A stretch of 64,000 nucleotides of DNA from an uncultured delta proteobacterium (GCA_963755125.1 CAVWIP010000010.1:384001-448000); one strand, 5' to 3'; shown: positions 27,866 through 38,782, numbered from the stretch's first letter. A program made the numbers and translations. Notes: generated from the sequence alone by a model not told the origin.

Positions 27866-28696
27866 GTGACGCACAAGCCGTATAAGCGTTTTATCGGGAT
27901 CGACCTCGGAGGAGGGAAAGGCAAGAAGACCGCTCTGGCCGTGCTTGACCGAAGCAAAGGCGGGGTGACCGTCGCGGCCCTGCACCCCCGCGCGGACGAG
28001 GCGCCGCTCTACGATACCGCGCTGATCGCAGCCGTGCGCGAGCGAGCCGAGAGCGCAACGGTCTGTGTGGACGCGCCTCTGACCCTGCCCCCTTGCGTAC
28101 GCTGCGACGTGGCCTGTTGCCCCGGCCAGGAAAGCTGTACCGACGCCGAGGTGGTCACCCTGCGCCGCCTGCTCGGGCTTGGCCCTGGGTGCAGCGGCGT
28201 GGGCCGTCGAGGTAAGCCCGCGTTCACGCCCTACACCCAGCGGGCCACCGAAGCGTACCTTTTGCGACGACGTGGGATCTTGCCGCGCGAAGCTCTGGGC
28301 CAGGGAATGGGCCCGCTCACAGCGCGCGCCAGCCATCTGGTGCGCGCGCTCGCCGATCGATTCACCTTGAACGACAGCCTCATCGAGGTGTTCCCGCGGG
28401 CCACGCTCGAACTGCTTGGCTTTCGCGACCGCTACAAGAAGCGCGTCGACAAACGCATAGAGATCCTGGCCAGACTGCGTGATTTGAGCTTTGCGCCCGG
28501 TGTCTGGCGCGAGGAGTGCCGTCAAAGCGATCATGTCTTCGACGCCGTCATCTGCGCGTACACGGGCTACCTGCGCAGCCGCGACGCCTGGCCGGTGTCG
28601 CCAGAGGTGGCGCCGCTCTTCCCGGCTGCGGGTTGGATCTGGGTTCCACCCACCGAGGCTGAAGCAGTGGCCGCGCCCCGCGCCGCAGCCGACTGA
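27866..28696 (+). CDS. DUF429 family (RNase H-fold predicted nuclease)
   Basis: FIGIDL, VDAPL, IEVFP, FDAVICA, GWIWVP. Confidence 0.85.
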   Translation: MTHKPYKRFIGIDLGGGKGKKTALAVLDRSKGGVTVAALHPRADEAPLYDTALIAAVRERAESATVCVDAPLTLPPCVRCDVACCPGQESCTDAEVVTLRRLLGLGPGCSGVGRRGKPAFTPYTQRATEAYLLRRRGILPREALGQGMGPLTARASHLVRALADRFTLNDSLIEVFPRATLELLGFRDRYKKRVDKRIEILARLRDLSFAPGVWREECRQSDHVFDAVICAYTGYLRSRDAWPVSPEVAPLFPAAGWIWVPPTEAEAVAAPRAAAD

Positions 28697-28714
28697 GCTT
28701 GCGCGGAGACGATG

Positions 28715-29416
28715 CTACTCAGCCGCGGCGTCTTTCTTGGGTGCGTCGCGGTCCTGGTCGGCAAGATCCTCTGGAGAGGAAGGCCCGGAGACGGGCGAGC
28801 CGAGCAACAGCGTGGCACCACGTTCGCGCAGGAACTGAAGAAACACAATTGCCGTGGGCAACTCGGCGGCTGGTATGTCGTCGAGCATCTCGCGCGCCTG
28901 ACGCCGAAGGATCTCGCCTGGCGCCTCTCCGGTGCGGGTCAGATGCGGCACTTCGGGCGTTTCCACATGCGCAGTCACCTGACCCCAGGGTGGAGGACTC
29001 GCAACCTCGATGTGCATGTGTTCGAGCCAGGTTTGGATATGCAGGTGCAGAAGCTCCGAGCGATGGACGAACCAGCGCTCGCGCTCGGCCGGAAAGGCAA
29101 GCAGCACGTCCTTGAACCTACGAAACGCACCCTTGCCGTCTATGGCGACCAGCAGCCGTTCGCGCAAAGCCTGGTCTTGCACCAAACCAACGAACCGTTC
29201 CATCCAGCGGTACTGCTCGCGTGACGACGCTGGGTCCACCCGGACAAAGCGATCCGGGTTGTTGGCCACCTTGGCCCGCCGGGCCGCGGCGTCAGGCTCG
29301 CCTTCCACGATCGAAAGCAAATCCCCGTTCTCGAGGTCAAGGAAGCTTTCCTGCTCCGGAGAATTGCGCTCGAACGCGATCTCCAGATCGCTCCAATTGA
29401 TGGTGACTGGCGGCAT
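28715..29416 (-). CDS. UPF0158 family protein
   Basis: [35 protein letters not shown]. Confidence 0.88.
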   Translation of the reverse strand: MPPVTINWSDLEIAFERNSPEQESFLDLENGDLLSIVEGEPDAAARRAKVANNPDRFVRVDPASSREQYRWMERFVGLVQDQALRERLLVAIDGKGAFRRFKDVLLAFPAERERWFVHRSELLHLHIQTWLEHMHIEVASPPPWGQVTAHVETPEVPHLTRTGEAPGEILRRQAREMLDDIPAAELPTAIVFLQFLRERGATLLLGSPVSGPSSPEDLADQDRDAPKKDAAAE

Positions 29417-29547
29417 GGCTAAGAACTCCTCTGGCGCCCCCCTCCCATTGGAGTGCGCAGAAAGATAGGAATGCACTGCTAGCCTAGGATTATGGCCCGC
29501 GGTTTGCAACGTCTTTGGCTGTGCCAGGCCCACCGCCGGCCAGACCC

Positions 29548-29576
29548 TTGACACAAAGGCGTCGCTCCATAAGAAT
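29548..29576 (+). promoter_or_regulatory. sigma70-type promoter of rpoZ
   Basis: TTGACA-N17-AAGAAT followed by a GGAGG RBS. Confidence 0.6.
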
Positions 29577-29603
29577 AAGTCGCGTACTAATTTCGGAGGT
29601 TCC

Positions 29604-29870
29604 GTGGCACGAGTCACCGTCGAAGACTGCCTGGATAAGGTTCCCAACCGCTTCGCCTTGGTCATCTTGGCCGCCGAGAGGGCGCGCCAGATCTCAGACG
29701 GCGCAAGAACCCTGGTCACGTGCGACAACAAGCCGGGTGTCGCGGCGCTGCGCGAGATTGCGCAGGGGCAAGTCCGGTTCAACGAGTCCGTCGAGGGCAC
29801 CATCAGGCAGTATCTGAGCGAGACACGCGTGCATGCCGGCCGTCCCGACCGCATGCCTGACAAGCAGTAG
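29604..29870 (+). CDS. rpoZ: RNA polymerase omega subunit
   Basis: [32 protein letters not shown]. Confidence 0.97.
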   Translation: MARVTVEDCLDKVPNRFALVILAAERARQISDGARTLVTCDNKPGVAALREIAQGQVRFNESVEGTIRQYLSETRVHAGRPDRMPDKQ

Positions 29871-29967
29871 CCTTCTCCCACGGCCAGGGCAGAAAATGTG
29901 GTCGAGGAAGACCACTCCGCGCCATACCTTTGGATGATCCCGTGGCGGCGGACAGCCCCGGAAAGGG

Positions 29968-31167
29968 CTACCGGATCCGACGGAGGTTCGGCGCGAAGCG
30001 ATCAGACATGGTGGCGCCTTTGCCGGCCGAGCCGAAATGTGTGGCCATGAACTTGTCCATGCGTGCGAGGCGTGCGGTCATGGGCATCTCGGGATGGGCG
30101 CTGGCCATGCGGCCGATCAGGCGCGCCATGCCGCGCGGGTCGTAGCCGGCGTGGTAGAGCACGACTGTGCCCATGAGGTCCGCTTCAATCTCGTATTTCT
30201 CCAGGCGTGGCTTGTGCACCACGGCGTACGCTTCTTCGGCAAACTCGTCGAGATCGTCCTCGACAGCGTCGCGACTGGTTTCCGCATCGAGTTCGTCCAT
30301 GGCGTTGTCGGCGCGCAAGCGCACGGCTTGGACCTTCATCTCGCGCAGGCCATGGCGGCGCACGACGTGGATCATCTCGTGGGCGATCAACCCCGCCAGT
30401 TCGGCCTCGTCCCGGCACAGCGAGAGCAACCCACGCGACAGGAAGATGTACCCACCCGGGACAGCGAAGCTGCCCACGCCGTCGCTGTCGAGAATGTAGA
30501 CCGAGAAATAGGTGTCGTAGAAGGTCGTCTCGGTGAGTAGATAGGTGGCGACCAGATTGATATACCTCTGCAGGCCGGGGTCGCGCACCAGGCCCGTGGC
30601 TGCCACGCGCGCGGCCACTGCCAATCCCACGGCGCTTTCGCGCGGCCCGATGTCATAGCCCTGCTTACTGATGGTCTTGTCCTCGGCTGCCGCAAGCGCG
30701 ACCGCGTTTGAACGAAAAGGCAGAAGAGGCGCGCGAAAGGCCCAAAACTCCGCCGCGCCAAAGAACGGCCCTTGATAGCTATAGAAGCTGTCCAAGGCAC
30801 CGCGCTGCACGTTCTTGATCTGTCCGGCGAAGCCCTTGACCGCTGCGCCCACGGTGCCGCGCGAGGCGCGCGCATCCGACCATTCCTTGCTCATGGCTTC
30901 CAGGGTTCCGGCCTGCTGCTTCTCGTCCAGGCTGGCCTCGGCCAGCCACCCGGTCTTGGCCCCAGCCTGCACGCGCAGCCAACGGTCCTTCTCTTCCAGC
31001 GTCTTGACCTTGGTGTTGACCGGAAGGTTGGCCACCACGGGAAAGAAAGTGCCTGGCCCCTCGCGGAGCTGATTGTTGGATCGTTTTGTGTAGAGATCAG
31101 CCGCCCACGCCACCACCGGAATTGCCGCGGCCAGCAGCATGGCAAGCACTCTGTGGGATCGCCTCAT
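29968..31167 (-). CDS. Secreted SH3-domain M48 metallopeptidase
   Basis: Signal peptide, LREGPG..W.RV..GW bacterial SH3, PGGYIF, ELAG.IAHEMIH, E.EAD, AGYDP. Confidence 0.88.
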   Translation of the reverse strand: MRRSHRVLAMLLAAAIPVVAWAADLYTKRSNNQLREGPGTFFPVVANLPVNTKVKTLEEKDRWLRVQAGAKTGWLAEASLDEKQQAGTLEAMSKEWSDARASRGTVGAAVKGFAGQIKNVQRGALDSFYSYQGPFFGAAEFWAFRAPLLPFRSNAVALAAAEDKTISKQGYDIGPRESAVGLAVAARVAATGLVRDPGLQRYINLVATYLLTETTFYDTYFSVYILDSDGVGSFAVPGGYIFLSRGLLSLCRDEAELAGLIAHEMIHVVRRHGLREMKVQAVRLRADNAMDELDAETSRDAVEDDLDEFAEEAYAVVHKPRLEKYEIEADLMGTVVLYHAGYDPRGMARLIGRMASAHPEMPMTARLARMDKFMATHFGSAGKGATMSDRFAPNLRRIR

Positions 31168-31259
31168 GGTGGCGCCAGCGTATCACCGAGGCGGGCGGTT
31201 GGGCGCCTTGACTTGCCCTGCGGCCCTGGACGGGGAAGAATCCCGGCTCGGGAGGATCC

Positions 31260-34052
31260 ATGATCTGTTGTAGGTTGACCGTTATGACTGTGCTGCTCAC
31301 CACCACCGCATTGTCCGCCCAGGCTGCACCCAACGGGGCGGCACCTGCCCCGCCTCCGGCCAAGACCGCGCCCGAGGAGGCCCCGGCTGTGCCCAAGAAG
31401 GTGACCACAGTGGAAGGAATCACCGAGTACCACCTGCCCAACGGGCTGCGCGTGCTGCTTTTTCCCGATCCCACCAAGCCGACCGTCCTGGTCAACGTGA
31501 CCTATCTGGTGGGCTCGCGGGTCGAGGGTTATGGCGAGACCGGCATGGCCCACTTGCTCGAGCACATGCTGTTCAAGGGTACCCCTAGCCGGCCAGACAT
31601 CTGGAAATTGCTGCAAGCCAAGGGTGCCAACTTCAACGGCAGCACCTGGTGGGATCGCACCAACTACTTCGAGGAGCTGCCCGCTTCGTCGGAGAGCCTG
31701 GAGTTCGCGCTGGCCCTGGAAGCCGACCGGATGATCCACAGCAGGATCGCGGCCGAGGATCTGGCCAAGGAGTTTTCGGTGGTGCGCAACGAGTTCGAGA
31801 TGGGCGAAAACAACCCGGCCAACGTGCTGGAAGAGAAGATGATGGCGATCGCCTTCCAGTGGCACAACTACGGCAAGTCGACCATTGGCTCGCGCAGCGA
31901 CATCGAGCGCGTCCCGGTCGGCAGCCTGCGCACCTTCTATCGCAAATACTACCAGCCCGACAACGCCATCCTGATCATTGCCGGCAAGTTCGAGCCGGCT
32001 CAGGCATTGCAACTGGTGAGCAAGCACTTCGGTCCCATCCCGCGCCCGTCGCGCAGCCTGCAGCCCACCTGGACCGTAGAGCCGGTGCAGGACGGCGAGC
32101 GCCAGGTGACCTTGCGCCGAACCGGCGACGTGGCGCTGGTGTCCCTCGTCTATCACGGCGTGGCGGGCGCTGACCCGGAGCGCATGACTGAGGACGCCAT
32201 CGCCGACATTCTGACCAACAAGCCTAGCGGTCGTCTGTACAAGGCACTGGTGGACAAGGGCCTGGCCAGCGAGGTAAGCGGCAACGTCTACCCGATGGCC
32301 GAGCCGGGCGTGATCGTGCTGTCGGCCAAGGTGAGCGCAAGCGTGGCGCCGGAGAAGGTGCGCGACATCATGATCCGCACCGTCGAGGGCCTGGCCGGAA
32401 GCAAGGTGACCAAGGAGGAAGTGGAGCGCTGGCGCGCGGGCTGGATGAAGGACTTCGACCTGGGTCTGACCGAGACGGCGCGCACCGGTGTCCTGCTGTC
32501 CGAGTATGCGGCCATGGGCGATTGGCGCCTGCTGTTCCTGGCACGCGACCGGGTCAAGACGGTGACTGCGCTGGACGTGGAACGCGTGGCGCGCGCCTAT
32601 CTCAAGCAGTCCAACCGCACCCTGGGCCTGTTCCTGCCTGACAAGACGCCCGACCGCGCTCCGCTGGCGCAAACGCCCGATGTGGCAGCCCTGATCAAAG
32701 ACTACAAGGGCAGCGCCGCCCTGGCCGAGGGTGAGGCGTTCCTCGCCACCGTCGAGAACGTGGAGACGCGAACCACCCGGACGGATTTGGCCGACGGCCT
32801 CAAACTGGCCTTCTTGCCCAAGAAGACCAAGGGCGGCTCGGTTCGCCTGGTACTGAACCTGCGCTTCGGCAGCGAGCAAGACATCAAGGGCAAGACTACG
32901 GCTGCGGCTGTGCTGCCCAACATGCTGATGCGCGGAACCAAGAAGCACAGCTTCCAGCAGATCAGGGACCAGCTCGATCAGCTTCGCGCCGAGGCGGATT
33001 TCGGCGGCGGCTATTCGTCTCCCGGCACGGTCAATGTCAGCCAAATGCGCGTGAAGACCACGCGCGAGAATCTGCCCGCGGTGCTGGATCTGGTGACCGA
33101 GATCCTGCGCGAGCCGGCGTTTGCCAAGAGTGAGCTGGAATCCCTGCGCAAGGAGATGCTGGCTCGCCTTGAGGAACAACTGCAGGATCCGCGCGCCAAC
33201 GGCCAAGTGGTCCTGATGCAGAAGCTGTTCCCCTTTGCCAAGGACGACGTGCGCTACGTTCCCAGCGTGAAGGAGAGCATCGAGCGGTTGCGCAAGCTGC
33301 AGGCGCCCGAACTGGCCCGCATGCACAAGGCGCTGTGGGGGATGAGCACCGCGCAGCTTGCCGTGGTGGGTGACTTCGACCCGGCCGCGGTCAAGGCGCA
33401 GCTCGAGAAGGATCTGGGTGCCTGGAAGTCGCCCAAGCCGTACCGGCGGATCGCGCTCGCGTACCGTGCCAACGCCGCAGCCGACGAAACCATCGACACC
33501 CCGGACAAAGAGATGGCCTTTGTCATCGCGGGCAGCACCTTGCCGGTGCGCGACGACGATGCGGCGTATCCCGCACTGACCATGATCAACTACATGCTGG
33601 GGGGCAGCCCGACCTCGCGCCTCTTCGATCGTCTGCGCCAGAAAGAGGGCCTGTCCTATGGTGCCGGCTCGCGCGTCTTCGCCCATCCCATCGACGTGAA
33701 CGGGCACTTTCTGGCCTGGGCCATCTGCGCACCCCAGAACATGGACAAGAGCCTGGCGGCCATGAAGGAGGAGATCCGCAGGTTGGTCAAGGACGGGGTC
33801 AGCGAAAAAGAGCTGGACGAGGCCAAGAAGAGCTACGCCAAGAACTGGGACAGCCGCATGGCCGATGACGATTTCGTGTCGGCTGAGCTGGCGCAGGATC
33901 TCTTTCTGGGGCGCAGCTTCGCGTACTGGCGCGAGCTGAACGACAAGATCCAGAAGTTGACCCCAGGCGAGATCAATGCAGCAGCGCAGAAGTTCATCAA
34001 GCCCGATGCTCTGGTGATGGTGCGCGCGGGCGATCTGGCAAAGCGAAAATAG
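31260..34052 (+). CDS. M16 family zinc protease (PqqL-like)
   Basis: Signal peptide, LPNGL, GMAHLLEH (HxxEH), DRTNY, YYQPDNA, RLRQKEGLSYG. Confidence 0.95.
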   Translation: MICCRLTVMTVLLTTTALSAQAAPNGAAPAPPPAKTAPEEAPAVPKKVTTVEGITEYHLPNGLRVLLFPDPTKPTVLVNVTYLVGSRVEGYGETGMAHLLEHMLFKGTPSRPDIWKLLQAKGANFNGSTWWDRTNYFEELPASSESLEFALALEADRMIHSRIAAEDLAKEFSVVRNEFEMGENNPANVLEEKMMAIAFQWHNYGKSTIGSRSDIERVPVGSLRTFYRKYYQPDNAILIIAGKFEPAQALQLVSKHFGPIPRPSRSLQPTWTVEPVQDGERQVTLRRTGDVALVSLVYHGVAGADPERMTEDAIADILTNKPSGRLYKALVDKGLASEVSGNVYPMAEPGVIVLSAKVSASVAPEKVRDIMIRTVEGLAGSKVTKEEVERWRAGWMKDFDLGLTETARTGVLLSEYAAMGDWRLLFLARDRVKTVTALDVERVARAYLKQSNRTLGLFLPDKTPDRAPLAQTPDVAALIKDYKGSAALAEGEAFLATVENVETRTTRTDLADGLKLAFLPKKTKGGSVRLVLNLRFGSEQDIKGKTTAAAVLPNMLMRGTKKHSFQQIRDQLDQLRAEADFGGGYSSPGTVNVSQMRVKTTRENLPAVLDLVTEILREPAFAKSELESLRKEMLARLEEQLQDPRANGQVVLMQKLFPFAKDDVRYVPSVKESIERLRKLQAPELARMHKALWGMSTAQLAVVGDFDPAAVKAQLEKDLGAWKSPKPYRRIALAYRANAAADETIDTPDKEMAFVIAGSTLPVRDDDAAYPALTMINYMLGGSPTSRLFDRLRQKEGLSYGAGSRVFAHPIDVNGHFLAWAICAPQNMDKSLAAMKEEIRRLVKDGVSEKELDEAKKSYAKNWDSRMADDDFVSAELAQDLFLGRSFAYWRELNDKIQKLTPGEINAAAQKFIKPDALVMVRAGDLAKRK

Positions 34053-34150
34053 CCCGCGAGCCAGTACCACCAGGACGGGCCGGAACCAAAGGGGTGGCCC
34101 GCGCCGTGCTATTCTCGTCTTCTCACTGTGTCTGCATCGAGCCTGCTGCA

Positions 34151-34864
34151 ATGACCGCACCGGTTGCAATCCTGGCGGGGGGACTCGCCACCCGACTTCG
34201 CCCCATCACCGAGACGATTCCCAAGTCGCTGGTGGACGTGTGCGGCGAGCCCTTCGTCTCCCACCAGCTCAGGATGCTGCAATCTCACGGAATCACCGAT
34301 GTCGTACTGTGTGTGGGGTACCGAGGGGAACAGATCGAGCAGGTGGTCGGGGCTGGGTCCGCCTTCGGCTTGCGCGTGCGCTACGCCTTTGATGGCGAGC
34401 GGCTGCTGGGCACTGGCGGGGCGGTACGCCGCGCGCTCCACCTGCTGGGTGATGAGTTCTTCGTGCTCTACGGCGACTCGTACCTGGCTTGCGACTATCA
34501 GGCAGTGCTCAGCAGCTTCCGCGCGTCAGGGAAGCTGGCCCTGATGACGGTGTACCGGAACGACGGCCAGCATGACACAAGCAACGTGGAGTATGACGCC
34601 GGGACGATCCGGCGGTACGACAAATCCGAACGGTCTGCGGCGATGCACCACATCGACTACGGTCTGGGCGTGTTCCGCCGCATGGCTTTCGCGGACGTGC
34701 TGGATGGCGCCCATCTCGACCTGGCCAAGCTCTACCAAACCCTGCTGGCAGGAGGGCAACTGGCAGGCTATGAGTTAACTGAGCGATTCTATGAAATCGG
34801 TTCCGTCGCCGGCCTGCAGGAATTTCGCGCGTTGATGGAAAACAGGTGCGGGGCAAAGCCATGA
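34151..34864 (+). CDS. Sugar-1-phosphate nucleotidyltransferase (HddC-like)
   Basis: ILAGGLATRL.P.T..PKSL, LGTGGA, YGDSY. Adjacent to gmhA and gmhB. Confidence 0.88.
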   Translation: MTAPVAILAGGLATRLRPITETIPKSLVDVCGEPFVSHQLRMLQSHGITDVVLCVGYRGEQIEQVVGAGSAFGLRVRYAFDGERLLGTGGAVRRALHLLGDEFFVLYGDSYLACDYQAVLSSFRASGKLALMTVYRNDGQHDTSNVEYDAGTIRRYDKSERSAAMHHIDYGLGVFRRMAFADVLDGAHLDLAKLYQTLLAGGQLAGYELTERFYEIGSVAGLQEFRALMENRCGAKP

Positions 34865-35457
34865 CATTCACCGAGCAGTTTCTCGACGAGGCTGCGGCCG
34901 TCGTTCGTGATCTCGATCGATCGGCGATCGAAGGGTTGGTGGAGGCGCTCGCCTCGACCCGCGCGCGGGGGGGAAGGCTGTTCATCCTGGGCGTGGGTGG
35001 CAGCGCGGCCAATGCCTCGCATGCCGTCAATGACTTCCGCAAGCTGGCCGGGATGGAAGCCTACGCGCCCACCGACAACGTGAGCGAGTTGACGGCCCGG
35101 ACCAACGACGAGGGCTGGGCGAGCGTGTTTGCGGCTTGGCTGCGCACCAGCCGGCTGCGAGCAGCCGATATGATCCTGGTGTTCTCGGTGGGCGGCGGGG
35201 ATCTCGACAAGAACGTGAGCCCGAATCTGGTGGTGGCCCTGGAGTACGCCAGGCAAGTCGGCGCGACCGTGGGAGGCATAGTCGGCCGCGATGGCGGCTA
35301 CACGGCCAAGGTGGCGGATGCGTGCGTGGTGGTTCCGACGGTGAACACCGCCCACGTCACGCCCCACACCGAGGCGTTTCAAGCGGTGGTCTGGCACCTC
35401 CTGGTTTCGCATCCGAAGCTGAAAGCAGCAGGCACCAAGTGGGAAGGCCTGCGATGA
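34861..35457 (+). CDS. gmhA: SIS-domain sedoheptulose-7-phosphate isomerase
   Basis: GVGGSAANASH, TARTNDEG, SPNLV, GRDGG, TEAFQ..VWH. Confidence 0.85.
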   Translation: MTFTEQFLDEAAAVVRDLDRSAIEGLVEALASTRARGGRLFILGVGGSAANASHAVNDFRKLAGMEAYAPTDNVSELTARTNDEGWASVFAAWLRTSRLRAADMILVFSVGGGDLDKNVSPNLVVALEYARQVGATVGGIVGRDGGYTAKVADACVVVPTVNTAHVTPHTEAFQAVVWHLLVSHPKLKAAGTKWEGLR

Positions 35458-35996
35458 CGGGGCGGGCGGCGTTGTTCTTGGACCGGGACGGCGTGGTGTG
35501 CCGGGCCGTGGTTCGCGGCGGCAAGCCGTTTCCCGCGCGATCGGTTCAGGAACTCGACATCTTGCCGGGGGTCAGGGAGGCGCTGCAGAGAGCCGGAGCC
35601 CAGAAACTGGTCCGCATCATCGTCACCAACCAGCCCGACGTTGCGCGCGGAACGCTGGCGCGGGACGTGGTCGAAGCCATGCACGATCGGCTGCGGGCCG
35701 AGCTGGAGATCGATGACGTGCTGGTGTGCTGGCATGACGACGCCGACGGATGCGCGTGTCGCAAACCGAAGCCTGGATTGCTGCTGGAAGGTGCTGGCCG
35801 GCACGGGGTGAATCTGGCAAGGAGCTTCATGGTTGGAGACAGGTGGCGCGACGTGGAAGCCGGCGTACGGGCGGGGTGTCGAACCGTGTGGATCGATTGC
35901 GGCTATGATGAGCAAGCTCCGCTCACGGCGCCGGACCACCGGTGTCACAGCCTGGCGGAAGCCGTGGAGTGGATAGGCGCACGCGTTCAAAGGTGA
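35454..35996 (+). CDS. gmhB: Heptose-1,7-bisphosphate phosphatase (HAD IIIA)
   Basis: FLDRDGV, VTNQP, C.H..C.CRKPKPG, MVGDR..D. Confidence 0.9.
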   Translation: MTGRAALFLDRDGVVCRAVVRGGKPFPARSVQELDILPGVREALQRAGAQKLVRIIVTNQPDVARGTLARDVVEAMHDRLRAELEIDDVLVCWHDDADGCACRKPKPGLLLEGAGRHGVNLARSFMVGDRWRDVEAGVRAGCRTVWIDCGYDEQAPLTAPDHRCHSLAEAVEWIGARVQR

Positions 35997-36001
35997 CTGA
36001 C

Positions 36002-36724
36002 ATGCAACCGAACTTGGATTCCCTGCGAATCAAGATCTTCGCTGACGGGGCCGACCGGAAGGCGATGGTGGAGCTTTACTGCAATCCACGCATCAAGGGA
36101 TTCACCACCAATCCCACGCTGATGCGCAAGGATGGAGTGAGCGATTACGAGCGCTTCGCTCGGGAAGTTTTGGAGGCGATCCGCGATCGGCCCATCTCGT
36201 TCGAGGTGCTGTCCGACGACCTGGACGAGATGGAACGTCAGGCGCGCAAGATCGTGTCCTGGGGCTCAAACGCGAACGTGAAGATCCCCATCACCAACAC
36301 CCGGCGAGTCTCTTCGGTTCCCCTCATCCGGCGTCTGGCGCGCGACGGAGTCAAGCTGAACGTCACGGGTCTGACCACGCTCGATCAGGTGACTGCCGCG
36401 GGCGAGGCCTTGGCCGAGGGAAGCACCTTCTCCATCGTGTCGGTCTTTGGTGGCCGCATCGCGGACACGGGAAGGGATCCGGTTCCCATGATGGCCACGG
36501 CCGTGCAAACCCTTCGGCCCCTGGCTCACGTCGAGTTGCTTTGGGCCAGCCCACGCGAGTTGCTCAACATCTTTCAGGCGGACGCCGTCGGCTGTCACAT
36601 CATCACAGTCACGGCCGACATACTCAAGAAGCTACCGCTGGTGGGCAAGGATCTGGACCAGTACTCGCTGGAAACCGTTCAGATGTTTCGCGATGACGCC
36701 GTGAAGGCCGGCTACGTCCTGTAG
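36002..36724 (+). CDS. tal: Short-type transaldolase
   Basis: IFADGA, GFTTNP, VKIP Schiff-base Lys, NVT, GRIAD, LWASPR. Confidence 0.9.
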   Translation: MQPNLDSLRIKIFADGADRKAMVELYCNPRIKGFTTNPTLMRKDGVSDYERFAREVLEAIRDRPISFEVLSDDLDEMERQARKIVSWGSNANVKIPITNTRRVSSVPLIRRLARDGVKLNVTGLTTLDQVTAAGEALAEGSTFSIVSVFGGRIADTGRDPVPMMATAVQTLRPLAHVELLWASPRELLNIFQADAVGCHIITVTADILKKLPLVGKDLDQYSLETVQMFRDDAVKAGYVL

Positions 36725-36792
36725 GGGACAGCCGCACGGCCCTGCGCTCGCTTGGTTTGATTTCGTGTCCAGACCAAAGAAGTCTGGCGTGG

Positions 36793-36834
36793 AAAAAAAG
36801 AAGCCGAGGAGTGGGATGCGATCCACTCCTCGGC
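36793..36834 (-). terminator. Rho-independent terminator of the GH79 gene
   Basis: Perfect 12-bp stem GCCGAGGAGTGG/CCACTCCTCGGC with 8-nt loop, followed on the minus strand by TTCTTTTTTT. Confidence 0.9.
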
Positions 36835-36895
36835 CCGCCCGGAACAGATCGGGCGACAAATCAGGTGATGGATCTCGTGAGCCAGCTTCCCATGT

Positions 36896-38515
36896 TTACT
36901 GCAGGACTCGGACGAGCGCCGCGCTCGCAGCTGGGACATACACTGAAACGGTGTTTCCCGAGACCGTCTGAGTGTAGGGTGCATTGCTAGGCCAATCGCC
37001 CGCCACCGAAACCTGGGCGCCGGCAAGGGCCACGTTCCCTGCCCCTACCGTCAAGTTGCCGGCAGGCGTCCCCGCCAGATAGATCGCGCTCGCGCTACTC
37101 ACTGCGGATCCTAGATCCACAGTCGCGCTGACTCCACTCGAGGCGTTCCTGTTGTTGAGCACCACGCTGGTGGATCCGCCCGCCTGGATGGCCCACGCCG
37201 TGAAGAACTGGGCGCTCGTGGTGACAGTCGTGGAAATCATCGGGCCGGTGCCGGCTTGGGTGAAGAGGAGCATACCGTAGTATTCCGGCTGTACCTGCAC
37301 CACGACGCCGCCACTCTCCTTGACCGGTTCATAGTAGAAGGGAACCGTTCCATCCATTCCATTCTCGCTGCCGTGGAAATTGACGCCGCTGAAGCCACGC
37401 TTGGCAGCCTCGAACATGTAATCGATCGCCCAGAGAGCCGAGATGAGCGTGTCGCTTACCCCCTGCTGACCGTGACCGGAGCAGGTGTTGTTCTCGTCCA
37501 TGCGCCAGCCTGAGATGTTGTCCTGTATCGCTGCAGCCTGGATCGTATCAAAGATGTTGGTAAGTGTGGTCGTTGTTATCTGGAGGTTGGGCACTGAGCA
37601 GTTCGACGTATTGGCCGCGGCAACGTAGGAGTGCTGCGAGAAAAGGGTCAAACTGCCCGGATATTGCGCCGTTATGGTGTTAGCAAATGGTACAGCGTAC
37701 GTTACGTCAGCCTTGGTGGTGCAGGCCGGGCCAACCAACAGAGCGCCTGTGGCGGTGATGGCATCGGCAAAGCTTTCGTAGGAGGTTGTTTGGTTGGCCC
37801 AGGTATCAAATTTGTCGGGCTCGTTGCCGATCTCGATTCCCACGATGCTCGACGGACACGTGCTCATGACATAGGCCGTCTCTTCTGAGGAGAGGGTCAC
37901 GTTGCCCAACTGGAAATTGACGCCATAGATAGCCTTGCTTCCCGTTGCAGCCAGAAAGCCGCACAGTTGGTCCACTCCGCCGGTCGTGATCTTTGTGGTG
38001 AACGGCTGCCCATTCGGCTGCGAAGGTGCGGGCCCTGTGCCAGCCCAGGTGCAGCGTTCGACGTCGTTGGCTCCAACCCGCACCATGGGAGAACCAAGAA
38101 GCTTGTAGAGCCCAATCATGTTGGTGTTGTTGCTGGTGAGCGAGCCATTCATGATGTGCGTCTTCTCGTAGCTGAACCCGGTGAAGTCAGCACCGATCGT
38201 CCCTAGCGTGGTGCTGGGGTCCACCGTCACTGTGGCCGGGGTCCCCGTGCCGGTAGGACCGCCGGGGCCCCATCCTGTCGTCGCGGCTGAGGTCCCGCCC
38301 GCGCTGGTGGAAGATCCGCCTGCGCTGGTCGTGGTCCCGCCCGCGGCGCCGGAGGTGCCGCCGGCAGTGGTCGCGCTTCCGCCCGTGCCGTTCCCGCCAG
38401 TTGCTCCCCCTGGGCTGGCACCCGAGCCACACCCGGCCGTGAAGGCTGCGCCGAGCAGCACCGAGCCCGCGAGGCGATAGAGAAAGACGGTCGATGATCG
38501 GCTCCTGCTGTTCAT
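36896..38515 (-). CDS. GH79-like glycosidase (beta-glucuronidase/heparanase family) lipoprotein
   Basis: TAGC lipobox, Gly/Thr linker, GFSYE, RVGAN, EIGNEPD, RMDENN, GVSDT..SALW..DY, GVNFH, PEYYG. Confidence 0.88.
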   Translation of the reverse strand: MNSRSRSSTVFLYRLAGSVLLGAAFTAGCGSGASPGGATGGNGTGGSATTAGGTSGAAGGTTTSAGGSSTSAGGTSAATTGWGPGGPTGTGTPATVTVDPSTTLGTIGADFTGFSYEKTHIMNGSLTSNNTNMIGLYKLLGSPMVRVGANDVERCTWAGTGPAPSQPNGQPFTTKITTGGVDQLCGFLAATGSKAIYGVNFQLGNVTLSSEETAYVMSTCPSSIVGIEIGNEPDKFDTWANQTTSYESFADAITATGALLVGPACTTKADVTYAVPFANTITAQYPGSLTLFSQHSYVAAANTSNCSVPNLQITTTTLTNIFDTIQAAAIQDNISGWRMDENNTCSGHGQQGVSDTLISALWAIDYMFEAAKRGFSGVNFHGSENGMDGTVPFYYEPVKESGGVVVQVQPEYYGMLLFTQAGTGPMISTTVTTSAQFFTAWAIQAGGSTSVVLNNRNASSGVSATVDLGSAVSSASAIYLAGTPAGNLTVGAGNVALAGAQVSVAGDWPSNAPYTQTVSGNTVSVYVPAASAALVRVLQ

Positions 38516-38782
38516 GAGAATCTCCTTACGATGGGTGGGGGCAGAGAGGACAACGCGACCGATGCCTCGTCACCCAGTTGAACCTTCCGTAGTTGACACA
38601 TTTTCCTACGCGATCCCGCTAGTGGCCAGAATAACCAACCGGGCGGGCGTGGACGAGTTAGAGCGAAAGCATGATGCATCGTGAACCTTGACGTGCACAA
38701 ACCACCGACGACCTCGACTGTGAGGCCATCGGCGGCGTTGGCACGCGCTGTGGATTAGCGACCGTACGACTTTACCGGAAGG

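Noticed and set aside
27866..28696. DUF429 as a transposase mobilising the adjacent repeat
   Set aside because: It has an RNase H-like fold but no transposase architecture, and only one repeat copy flanks it; adjacency alone is insufficient.
28715..29881. 388-aa version of the UPF0158 ORF
   Set aside because: The extension overlaps rpoZ antisense; ATG 29416 has a GAGGAG RBS.
31164..34169. 1001-aa minus-strand ORF
   Set aside because: Codon-register mirror of the M16 protease gene; not protein-like.
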